Below are positions 1 through 13,000 of a stretch of DNA of 64,000 bases, in pieces. The DNA is taken from positions 7,936,001 through 8,000,000 of the forward strand of contig OZ059894.1 in NCBI GenBank assembly GCA_964057225.1. Direction: 5' to 3'. The position numbers were made by a program, and so were the translations under genes. The notes below the pieces were generated by a model. It saw only the letters and a program-made list of their open reading frames with translations, made no database searches and was not told the DNA's origin. The stretch comes from Auanema rhodensis. Taxonomy: Eukaryota > Animalia > Nematoda. Each line of letters begins with the position of its first letter. Position 1 is the first letter of the stretch.

Positions 1-1682
1 ATATACTCAAAATGAAAAATCAAAGAAAATTAATGAAAAATCCATCTGTTTACTTGTCGCAAATGACGAATTTGAAATAAAAATTAAGATATAAAATAAA
101 TTAAATTACAAAATAATAAAAAAAATTGGTTTGTTATATGATTTTGCAAAGGAGAGGAAGGATCATACTGAAAGGAGGTAGAAACTGATTGCGAGAGAGA
201 GAATAAGACCATGGAAAATGAAAGAGAGAGTTATAGAGAGAAAAAGGAAAAGAAAGAGATTAAAAAGGGAAGAAATTTAATTAAACATCAGCTATATGGC
301 AAAACTTACTGTTGTTGATCATGATGGTTTTCACACAATCCAGAAATGCAACCGCTTTTCATCATTTTTTCCCTCAAAATGAGGTGATATGCACTTTTAT
401 ATATTCACATCATTTTAATATTTAAATTATAATAATTAAAATTATTTATAGCTTTTCATAAAGAATAATCTAAAATATTTATAAAAAAAAGTATTTTTAA
501 TATGAAATTATTGCTTATACAAATATTTTTTTTAAAACTAATTTGTTGCAACATTTACGGTTGTTGGAAGCTTGTGTTAAGATGAAATTTATTTTTTCTA
601 ATAGTTTAAGAATTTTTATTATAATTTCAATAATTTATATTATTTTAATTCGAATCGATTAAGTACAATAGATTTGTTTGATGTATTCATATTTATATTA
701 AACACTTGTGTATCTATTATTTGTTTTTCTTTAGAGATTTAATTGATGTTAATAGATGTTTATATTATTATTATTATTACTATTATTATAATTTTTATTT
801 AATTTTTAATAAAATATATGAAAAAGAATATTTATATTTAAAAAAATGTATATCCAAGATTAAAATAAAAAACAAATGAATCAAATAGTTGTACTAAGTC
901 ACCGAAAATTCTTACAACATAACGAACATAACTAAAATTATTTTTATTATAAATATTTTGAAATAAAATATAAATAACTTACTAACTGTCAATTTTATGT
1001 AAACAATTTTAAAATTTCGGATCAGATTTGCTTCGTCCGATAGGAGAATTAATGTAAAACCAATCATATTCCCTTCAGTTTTTTTAAAATCTTTCATAAA
1101 GTTCAATATTAATAAATTCTTGATCATGATGTTGACAACAAGTGTTTATTTGTGTTTATTTCTTTATAAATATCTTATTAAAATTAATTATTTTATAATT
1201 GAAATACTATGGTAATGAGATGATGAAAAAGCTACATTTTGAGAGGACAATCCTGATCAAGGACCAATGCCTCAAAACCATTTACATGAAACTTGTGTGA
1301 GAAGAAAAAGAAGAATTAAATGTTTCAGCATTTTAATTTCTACATAAATGTTTAATTTAAAATTAAAAAAATATTTATTAAATATGAGAAAATTATAAAT
1401 ATAAAGCAAAGGCATAATTAATGAAATTTTAATTAATTATGATAAGTTGTCATAATTTTATTTATTTCTTAATTGAAGAGAAGAATATGAAATTATATAC
1501 ACGTTGTGGCTTATTAGCTCAAACAAAAATGAATTAAAATGACAGCATTAATGCTTTAAGAGAGCGGCAAAATCGCTAAGATCTGAGAATAATGTCAGAC
1601 TGTAATTCTATAAACTTTGAATGAATTTTTCAATATCATACACAATCACGCAAAGAAAACAGAAAAAAGAATATGTTTTCAA

Positions 1683-2194
1683 TTAATAAATTTGAGAAGA
1701 TCTATATGTATCATCTTGATCCACTATTTGCAGAATATTCTCTCGATTTCGTTGTGATGAAAACCAATCAGTATACAGTTCAACAGCTGTGCAGAAGATT
1801 GGCTTGATAATGCTCCTCATGTACCTGAAAAATGAATAAATTTTTATTTTTATTTCCAAAAAACAGTTAAAAAACGTTATACTTACCATGAATCGTAGTT
1901 TGAGAGACATTGGCAGAAAATTCGATCGGCTTCTTGTCTAGCAACATGTAATGCATCAATCAAAGCATCATGCTCAACACAACACCTATTTATTCCTGAA
2001 ATTCATTGAGATTATGATAAGATATTATAAGAATTAAATGTTTGTAATTGAACAAAATTTTTGATTTGATTACCGGGTAAATCAACAGGGAAAGCTAATG
2101 TATATGATATGGCCCCACTTAAAGGTCCGATGCCACATTGCCAAGCAAGAGCAACTGGAAAAAGGAGCAGAAAAATTAACCCGAACGTCCTCAT
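1683..2194 (-). CDS. Small secreted phospholipase A2-like protein (3 exons)
   Basis: Spliced translation: signal peptide MRTFGLIFLLLFPVALA, then WQCGIGP...GINRCCVEHDALID...EADRNFCQCL...IFCTAVELY. The CCxxHD and DxxFCxCL motifs are those of the sPLA2 fold. Both introns are GT-AG. Confidence 0.75.
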
Positions 2195-4255
2195 ATTAGC
2201 TAAATAATAGAATAAACATGAATATTTTCACAAAATCTAACGATGAATGAAGAAGGACAATAGACAATAATTATTTCGTACAAAAAATAAAAGCGGAATG
2301 GTCAACAAAGATCAAAAATTGTTTAATATATTTGTGTTTATGAATTTTTCGGAAAGAACATATGATTCATAACAAGAAAATTAAAAAATTGAATGATTTA
2401 ATAAAAGAAAATAAAAGAAATTGGATTCAATTAAATCAAAAAAACTGAAGAATTAAGATGATCGGAGCACTCATCTAGCCTTATAAGCTGTGAATTAAAC
2501 CATCTATGAATGACTAAATAAACAATTTGAGAGGATTAAATCCAGAACTTTTTAAGATATAAAAGGAGATGATGATGAGGATAATCAATGATAACCATTT
2601 TTGACCGGAAAGGCTAGTTTTGAAAAAAAAATTTATCTTTTCAATCAGTCTGCTCTATATGAAAGCTGAACAGTGAAGTTGTGGCATGGCATGAACCTGA
2701 ATGTATGACATGAAGATGAGATGACAAACAAAAAATCTTCAGCTCTTCGTGTTATGTCACTGACCTCTTGAGGATAAAACTCATACAGAGAGGAAGAGAG
2801 CAAAAGATATAAAGAGAAACCAAGGTAAAGAAAGAGAATGAGAGAAAAAGGGCACAGAGAAACAGTGAGCAATACCGGACAGTGCGACTTCTGATTTCAA
2901 GTGTTGCAATCACTACACTTTTCAACATATGTTCAGTTTCGTTGTCAAAGTTCACAATTTTATTTTTATTTTGTGACGATTGCAAAGAGCATTTCAGTGA
3001 GCCATTTTTTTCATCAAAAATAGGGTCAAACTCATACGCTCATCTTCTCTCTCTCATCTTCTCTCTCTGTCTTTTTTCTTCTTCTCTCTCCTTTTTGAGT
3101 CTCTTGGATATCATCAACAGGATCATTCTCATCATTGTGAGACCGTTGTCGACGTTGTTGAGAATTGAAAAGCGAACAACAGTAATATATGGAAGTGATT
3201 TTCGGCGAGGACGATTTGAAACAGAAAAAGAAGAAATCAAATAAACCATAATACATACAAAATAAATTAATATTTTTATAATAATACATTTATTGAAACA
3301 TAAATTTTGAAAAAAACAATTATATTGTCAAACAAAAATATAAAAAAATAGATTTATCGATTGAAGTAATTGAAACCATTTTTGGTTTTCTCTTTTTTCT
3401 CTCAATAATTGGAAACAAATAAAAAATAGTAATAATCGAAATGAATTGAATTGAGGGTTCATTATAGATTTGATCAAAATGTTGTTTGACTGGGAAAATC
3501 ACAAGAAACCAGAAGTCTAATCACATATAGAAGGGGAAGATCCCTCATGCGCGAGATGCTCTCGGCAAACACAAGCACCCGTAAACTTGAGTTTCTAATG
3601 ATTTTATAATCGAGAAAATCAAATGAAGCATACAGCATATATGCAATACATCGAACAAATCAATTGGATCATATAGTCTTATTGATGAATAAAGTTGAAA
3701 AAGTTAGAACAATAATAAAGTTTTTGATGTTGCTTAAAATCCTAATAAGGATGTAATTTCTTAGGATATCCTCAATTTATGACGTAGTTAATTCATATGA
3801 AAGACTATCCAGAGAAAGATTCAGGAATTCACGAAATACATTGAATAGCATCACATCCAAATGGGAATACATATATATCGTCGTCGTCTTCTTCCTATTC
3901 ATCACTTGCTTGTCCTAATGTGTATCAGATTACTCAATCGCTTCTTCGTTGGCTCAATACTATTGCTTGGTAGAAGCCATCATCCGATTTTTTATTTTTT
4001 CGTGCGCTACTTGTCAGCTATTGTTATGTTTTTCTTCCATACGGAACACTTAAATTGACATTTTAACGAAAATCGAGAGAAGCAAAGATGAAACTATTGA
4101 GCCATCCAGACTAGACGTATATGAGCCGATTGAATCATCTTCCATCTGGTTTTCAGCTCTCAACGATCATCTGTTCATCATAGCATGTTAAACAAATTTT
4201 TTTCCAGTAAAATCAGGAACTTGCAAGAGAAAATGAATAATTTTATTCTCATAAT

Positions 4256-5515
4256 TTATACAAATGAACACAGTATGATCAGCAAAATTAGTAGCATATT
4301 TGGAACTTGATTCATCACAGAGCGATCACGATGGCTTTCGAGATCAGATTTGACATATGATAAACTATAACATATAATTTAAATAATAATAATAAGATTT
4401 TAATACAACAAAAACATTAAAACTTACTTTCCAATTGATAATGCACACTCCACTGAACCCGGTGGAGAAATGACAGAAGCATGTTTCCAACCTCCGAAAC
4501 TTTTGAAGTCACCGAAGTTATCAAGTGTGACATCAACCCTATCACCATATTTCAAATGATTAGACCAAAAATTACATTTTTTACCATAAAATATCATTTT
4601 CTAAAGCAGGTTGAGTCCAATTATTATAATTACTATCCCATAAAGATGGTATTGTTATAATACCTATTCCAAGATTATAATTCTGAAATCAAAAGCAGAT
4701 GTTGATGAAATGAATGAAAAACATCAAATTTTCAATAAAAACAACAGAAGAGACTAAAATAGAGAGAGAGAGAGATAGAGAAATGAAATGGTGGAAGAAA
4801 TGTTAACGAAGGAAGAACCAACCTGTGCAGCTTTTCGCATGCTTTGAAGATATTGTATATTTCCCGCAGGATCTCCTACTGACCGTAAAACCTTAAAGAA
4901 TATAAAATTATTTTATTTTAAGTTTCAATCAAACATTAAACCAGAGAAAACTAGGATGAGCATCATGAGCATTCAATCTTTGCATAATATCATCCACTAA
5001 AGCCTTAGCATCTTGACTACCAGGAATACGTGCATATACCACATATTCAATATGAAAATCATCTAAAACAAAGTTTTAAGTTTATAGAAAATGGAAAAAT
5101 GCTGACTTTTCTTAAGATTACGAATGAGATTTGCAGAATCGTCATCAAATCTATCATCCGGATTGTAAATACTATAATTATAAATATATATAATTAATAT
5201 GAAATTCATGATTTCACTAAAGAAATACAGCATCAAATCCTTTTGATTTTAAGCATGATATAGTTACATTTGCATTACCAGCAGTCAGGTTATCAATTAT
5301 GCCTGAGTAAAAATCGGCACCTTTACCATAAATGTTCTAAAATAATTAGCATAAAGTTGTCTAAGTTGCAATTGTTCAAAAACTTGAATTAAAACTTGAT
5401 GAGTAGAACTTACGCTAATTGATGTAATATTAGAAGATGACAAATTATTAGATGCATCAGCATCTGAATTATATGCAAATGCAAAGGTTAATAGAGAAAA
5501 TAAGTAGAAATTCAT
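4256..5515 (-). CDS. Protist-type (GH25 / nematode lys family) lysozyme-like protein, divergent, with hydrophobic C-terminal tail
   Basis: Spliced translation: signal peptide, ISCLKSKGFDAVFLYIYNP, FLWFNV, NIQYLQSMRKAAQNYNLGIGIIT...W, DNFGDFKSFGGW, ending NMLLILLIILCSFV*. Motif order matches nematode/Entamoeba-type lysozymes. Confidence 0.75.
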
Positions 5516-6675
5516 TTTTTTATTATTAAAGTATAAGGATTGTAAAATAAAAATGATTTCACCACTAAAGATTGATCAGCTTAACTTTCTATTCTTAAGT
5601 ATTGATAAGAACAAGTGTATTCTAATATAAACAGCTCATCTATGTTAAATCATGAATTATCAGAATAGTCTTAATATTTGTTTTATAACAATCAAGTTAT
5701 TTTTATAATTTTAAATAGATTTATATAAGATATTTAACTATTAATCTATACCTATCATAATATCATTTGATTATACTAAAATTATTTTTCTGCTGGTTAA
5801 GCTCTTCAATAGAAAATAACTACAAATTGTGATTCATGTGCATAAGTATCTAGTAATCAGTTGATGTGGGCGGACCTGCATATTTTCAAACCCAAACTTC
5901 TAACACTGGGTCTGTAGCACTTTGATGAGTTTGAAAACTAATATGTATTTGAAGATGTGATAGCAAAGACAATTGCAAGCTTGTGTAGCTAATCAGAACT
6001 TGATTTACTTCATTGAGTATTATCACAATGTCGCAAACGTATCGGATATTCTGAGCCGGACCCCAGTATCTGTTCATTATTGACATGTATGAATGAATGA
6101 AGTACTGTTATATGTATGTATGTATGTATAATCATATCAAGTATTAAAGCAGATTAACACCTTCCTATAACACGTTATACATACAGATACACACATATGT
6201 ATATATGATGCCATATCTTCTGTCTAAAATATTATAATATACATACATATATGTATAAATTAACAGATTATATAATAAAAAATAATTATTATTATATAAT
6301 CCAAGCTTTAATCTATAAACTTTGATACATATAGTTTAAGTTTGATCGTTTATGCTATGACTCATAAAAATATTTTGATTTTATTTTGTTTTCTAATAAT
6401 AATATTCAAATTTTGTAATATTATACTTGTATTATTACAGTATTACATCATTGCTCATTCTATAAATTTAAAAAGATGATTAGCATTATTAAGATTTTTA
6501 TTAAAGCTTTCCCTATCATAGCCATAGATAGTTCCGGTTCATTCGGGTCGAAATTTGTCTTGTTTTCACACATCATGTATTGACAAAACTGTTTTAACAT
6601 CTATAATCGGTTTTAAATTGATATACTCTGTTTCAGTTTCTGATTCTTAGAAGTAACACCGGATTAAACAAATGT

Positions 6676-6695
6676 GCTTCCGTGGCGCAATAGGC

Positions 6696-6731
<36 letters not shown>

Positions 6732-6748
6732 GAGCCCACCCGGGAGCG
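6676..6748 (+). tRNA. tRNA-Asn (GTT)
   Basis: Acceptor stem GCTTCCG/CGGGAGC, anticodon arm TTCGG-CTGTTAA-CCGAA, T-loop GGTTCGAGCC, T run shortly downstream. Confidence 0.97.
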
Positions 6749-7047
6749 AAATATTTTGAGTTTTGTAAACTCGAATTGGTTGATTTAGTTTTTGTAAGTA
6801 TGAAAATTTACTATTTCCTGTTGAATATTCAAAAATATGTTTTAATTTTTTTATTTCAAAAAATATGGCACAATATAATGAAATGAACGAAATGTAAGTT
6901 TACCAGTAACATTGAAAAAAACATAATAGAAATCTGTGATATATGTATATATGTATATAAATATATCTATATATCTATATCTATATATAATATATGTAAT
7001 TATCTGCATCTGTTATTAGAAAATTCGAAAAAAATTGAAATAAAGCA

Positions 7048-10000
7048 TTAGACCAGTTGGTGTTGTTCGAATATTTGAAAGTCATCATCATCGTCACCAT
7101 TTAAACCTTTTTTCGGAGTTGAAAACGAAACAACTGGAATTAAAATATTATAAAACATGTTCAGAATATTTAGAAAATAAAGATAATAAAAGAAAAATTG
7201 AAAATTCTTACATCTTTGTCTGCTAGCATCGATTGACTCATGTAGAGGAAGTACAAGGGCCTCTGTTGATCGTCTAGTTGGTGTTCTTGATGACTGCAAA
7301 TTCAAATTTTGGAAATGAAAAGTACATATTCGAAGAAAAAATAACTAAACAGAGAAAACAAAAAAAAACTTACGTCGTCATGTCTATGATGAAAATCACG
7401 AAGTTCCACACTTCGTTCACCTTCACTCTCGCTCTCAGTTGAAACATTTCTCGATTTCCTTCTAACACTTCTCCACATTCCAAAACCAGATCGAGGAGAA
7501 TGTGCGATCTAATAATAATGAAATAAGATAATTATATTTATAATTATTGATTACTTTATTAAGAGGTACACTAGGACTTTTAATAACTCTGCTAGTTGAT
7601 GGTTGACCATCATTAGATGTTGCTGCATCATCTTCAACGTCTTCGGGGATTGTACCTTCAGTACCTTCCTGCAATTAAATTATTTTTAATAAATTTAATT
7701 GATGAATTATATTACTTTCATTGTTGTTAAAGTCTTTTTGCCTTGTTGACTCGATCTTCTATCAATACTCTGACGTGATGGGGCTGTTCTAGGAGCTAAA
7801 GAAGTGGCAGAGGAATCAGAATGTCCGTCAGTCATGGTGGGAGTATATGATCGTGTAATTTCTGAAAATTGAATAAAAAAATTAAAATTCGAAATCTAAT
7901 ACAACTGACCCATTGGTTTCATTGATAATTCTTCTTTTAATTGAATTAGTTCAGATTGGCATCTGAAAAATTGAAATAAATTTTGAAAGATGATCTATTA
8001 AGATTCTCATACTTGCTGATAAGAATTGGAATCGGTATTGTTTGATGACATTTGTTTTCAATTTTTTCCAGAATATCTGTTTGCCAAGCACTATCTTGGT
8101 CATTGACAGGCTTCTGTTTCACCTGAATATTCACAAGTTGTTTTGAGAATAGCAGATAAAGTTACAACCTTATTGTAGATAACAGGAAGAATGAGTAATG
8201 CAATTGGAAGATTTGATTGAAGTAGAAATTCTACAAAGTTAACAGCTGATGGGGTACCAGGCTTTTTAACCAGAAGATCTGAGAAGTGATCACGTTGTCA
8301 TTTGAAGCTTAGTGTGCATTTGACTAACCTTTCACAAGACGAGCAATGCGAGGCCACATCGTCGTTAGAAGTTTACCAAAACATAATAACAAGACTTTTA
8401 AGCCTAGGTATATGCTTTGACAAACACTTTCTCGGACAATACGATGTGTAGATACTGTAGCTGAATGACCTCGATCAGTTACTGAAACAGACCCTTGACG
8501 ACCCGATAGGTCAACTGAAAATATTTAAAAATGAATTTGAATTTATAGACAATAAATAATTTGAAAAAAAAATAAAAATGAATACCATGTGCTTGTGTGC
8601 TTCTTATAAAGGTTGTAGCCAGAGTTGATGTGCTCATTAGGGGAGCTACAGACTGTTTAACTAATGGAGGAGAGACTGCATTTTGCATAATTTGAACACA
8701 ATATGATAAATCTTTCAGTTGAAGAATAGAATTTTCTATAGTTAAGATTATGAGAATGAATAAAAATTTTAAAATTTACCTTTCGGATGATTGTGAATCC
8801 GCAAAATTAATGGAATAAGCAAATGACATAAGACAGCTTCAAGACGATCAGCTGATACTCCCATACCTTCAACACTTGTTACCAATTCCAATGAAAATGA
8901 AAACTGAAATCAAGGGAATATATAAAAAAGGATATGAAAAAAAGTTTTACTTGTCCTAATGCTTGCATTAGAATGACAGTCAAACGAAGTACAGCTTGGC
9001 AGAATGTGGCTGGTGGTGTTGTTGGATGTAGAACTGTTGAAGGATGAGCTGCTGGAGTACCTTCATCATGACATGGATCTCCAACCATAATACGAAGACA
9101 CATTTGAGCTGTCGTCTAAACAAAATAATTTACTATCCAAGATTTCGAGAATATAAACAGAATGGAATAGAAAATCAAACCTTAAGTGGATGTAAATGAG
9201 CTATATATGGAAATGCTGTTAGTGTATCACAGATTCCAATTATCCAATTGCTTAAAGCACTCCAACTAACACGGCGACGTATACTTTGCTTTTTGGCTAT
9301 TTTAGCTATTGTCTTATCCAATCGACGCAAAATAATATTCAGTGCTGAACGATTTGATTCTATTGACCAATCTGTCACTGGCAATATGACCATGAAGTAT
9401 CTGAAGTGTTTCGATTACTGAAATGAAATGAGACTTTATCGTACTTTTGTAGTCCAACAGATGACATAGTAGCGAGATCATATGGTGCTATCTTTAACAA
9501 TGATAATGCTACTTCGCTTAATTTTACATGGCATTTGTGATCCATTACATCCGGAATTTTGCCATGTTCAGTTGTAGCTGTCAGTTTAGCCAGCTCTTTC
9601 AGCCTAGGTGTAGCCATTTCCACAAATTGAGCTGTCAGGCATAGAAGTGTATCACGTGGACGACGATACTGTTCTTTATGTTGTTCCTCAACTTCTGCAG
9701 CTTCCCATCCCATAGCTGTTGACTTTTTTTCTTTTCTAAAAATTGATCAAGTTTGTTCCAAATTGTTGAAAAGATATATCTTACAGATGGAATGGACGCA
9801 TGTTTTCATCTTCGTTTGTTGTTGGGGGATCAAAGAATTGGGGTGAGTCAGCCACAAATGATTTTCCACGTTCAGCAACATTTGCTAAATCAAAAGCACG
9901 TTGAGGACCTCTAGCCAACGCTTCACAGCTGTTGATTAAAGCTTTAATTTCCACACACAGTGTTGTCCATTGAGCTAAAACAAAATTTTGAGTCAATGAA

Positions 10001-13000
10001 TAGGGGAGGTTCGAGTACCTAATTCATTTTTTGCAGCGCTTGGAGAATTCTTTTGCATTTGCGTAGCTTCTTCCATTTTTTTGATTAAATGTGGAAGAAG
10101 TGCAGCCATTACCAACTAAAAATCAATGATAGAAATTTAGAAAGTTTGGGGAAAAGCCTACCAGCATCTGATAACTTCGTTTACTTTCTGGAGCAAAAGC
10201 ACAGACACATATACAACTCGCTAATGCATCAGTTAGAACACAGAAAGTGTTCGGGTCATCACGATAACAAAGATCCAAAGCTTTCAATGGTTTCTCATAT
10301 GGAACAAGCCCAAGAATATCGAATTGATCCGAATCATCTCCCATTGTTTCCATTTTGTGAAGCAGATTGAAATAATACTGAAAGAAAATGGTAATGAAGT
10401 AAAATACTTTTCATAAAACGGTACTTTAGCTTTCACTTTCATTGGATTTATATCGAAATCGCTTGAGTTTGTATCAAGAATATTAGCTACTGATCCACAC
10501 ATTTGCAATAAGAAAGGCTTTCTATAAAGAATGTTATATTAGAATTTTATAAATTATTAAAATTTAAAAACCTGTGAAGAAGATAGAATTGTCTACACAT
10601 AAACTCGACTACAGAACAGAAAACTCGATTAGTTTGTCGTTGACTGTAGCAACGGAGTATTGTGGGCATGATAAGGAAGAAGCCTTGACTAGCAAACAAG
10701 GTATTAAAGTGGATGGATATAGAGATGTATGTAGCGGCACATCTTCGTAAGATCAGTAAATCTTCACAATGCATTATCATTATTCCATTTACCTGGAAAA
10801 TTCGAATGAAACACAGGATTTTACCTAGGGATTGGCTGAAGGAAGCATTAACGGATCAAGCAAAATCCGGGCTTCTAACAAAGAGTCTGGGCAAGGCACC
10901 AGTCCCACCCTGATTCTTATACTTATGAACAAGACTTACAACGTTAATGAAGAGATGTAGATCAGCAAACATGAAAGCATTTTCCATTTTCTCAAACATA
11001 TCAGCCATGAGCTTGGCCCAAGTAAATTTGTGCATTTCTTCCATAACTTTCAGCTCATTACCCATAGAACCATGATGCATTCCAAAACATGTTTCTAAGC
11101 TTTTACGTGGAAAAGATGGTAAATGTGTCAACTCATCATGAAGGAAAAAGATACGTTGAGCAATCTGGTGAGAGAAAAGAAATATTATAAAACTTTGAAT
11201 CAACTTCTTACCACATGCTGAGGACTGTATTTAAGAATACTATGAGTTAATAAAACTTTTCCAACTTCAATGAAACGTTGATTGAATGCTGTATTTTTCA
11301 TCTTTAAAGCTGCTTGTTCAGGATCCATTTTAACCAGCGTTAATTGAGGATAAAATGAACGATGGAAAAAATAATAATCTCTGAAAATTATAAAAATTAT
11401 GGTTAAGTTTATAATTAAATATAGTTAATACCGAACGTAAGCCGATGGTAAATGAATCTGGCCTGTTTTCGTGTCAGTTAGATAATAGAAGTTTACATCA
11501 ACTCCTTCGATATTGAAAAATTCTAAACTGTCACTGAAAAAACAAAATATAAGTGATGGATGTGGAAAATGAAGCCAAACCTCAGAATCTGTTGAAACTG
11601 GGTATCCTCGTGAACGGGGAATTGACTTGGAATTCCACCAAGGCCGGAATCTGGACCGTGCACTATAATTTTTTTAGCTGATGGAACATTAGCTGTGATC
11701 ATCAAAGCTTGCTAAAAGAAAATTTGTTGAAATTTTGATTGAAATTTGTCTAGAAATTCTTACATCACATTGCTCTTTCTTGAGAGTTTGTTTCAAATCT
11801 TTGAAGAATATTCCATGTACATTTGGAGCCAAAATCCATGTAAGAGATAATGCCATTCCAAGAGCTTTATCTGAGCCATCACATTGTGCTCGAACGTAAT
11901 GCATTACAAATCCAAACTAAAAAAGCAAAATGGTGTTTGATTATATCATATAATTATATTTTTTAATATTATTTGTTAAATTGTAATTATAAGTATTAAC
12001 CAGATAGATATATGTTTGTATACTTTATGTGAAACCTACAAAATATTACTTTCGTTATACTGTTATGCATAAACTTTGAGCTGATAACAAACTTTACATT
12101 ATAATTATATTTCGAAGAATACTTACCAAATAATTCAATAAACTGCATGCAACTTGACTAGGTAACGGATTAAAACGAAGAATCAATTTACGTAATAATG
12201 ACATGAGATGCTCCTGAAATAAGAAAAACATTATCGAAGAATGAAGTTAAAATCATAATTATAACATAGGGTTAGTATAATTGATACAAATACAGCTTAG
12301 GTAATATTGTTATAACACTTAAAGCATTTTTGAATAATCGGCATTTTATCTTTTACATGCAATTAACCAACAAACAATCAACGTTTGTTTAATATGGTTG
12401 TAGTTAATACGAAGCAACTACACATAATTAAGTTTATTTGTTGTAAACTTTACTTAAATTATGTTGATTATATATTCAAGCATAGGTATGTTATAAATTC
12501 AGCCAACGAGCCAACACATGGATTATGATGTTAAGGGGATGAGGCAGGAGGGGGGGGGGACAAAACAAATAATTAGTTGTATTACATAGGTTATAGTATA
12601 TCAATCAATGTGAATGGAATAGTTATGTGAATATTAGGTAATAACGGTAAGCACATGCTATTCTCTTTTATGTTTTTTATTTTACTTACATAATTATCTG
12701 TTGGTCGATATTCTGGGTTTACTTGCTGAAAGAGTTTATAATGGAAAACATATATATTAATTATAATGGGATATATTATAGAAATTATCTTTTTTTTTTC
12801 ATTTGGTAATTATATATTATTTTACCAAATTAAAAATAAATAAAGTTACTATACCTGACGTTCACGGTTTGTAAGTTTTTCCAAGAAATGACGAAGAAAC
12901 AGGGATGGCTCTTCAACGATACATGTCCAAATTATTTTTTTAGCAACATCACCAACTGAAATATACAAATATATTAATTATATTAATTATATGTATAATA

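Noticed and set aside
3575-3640. CACCCGTA mir-51/100-family 5' end
   Set aside because: No ACGGG-containing opposite arm.
10825-10920. HDV-like ribozyme topology in the unc-80 intron
   Set aside because: A P3/L3-like segment exists, but P1 is mismatched and the P1.1 GG is missing.
12535-12560. G-run as a G-quadruplex element
   Set aside because: One ~11-G tract with short flanking GG runs; no further support.
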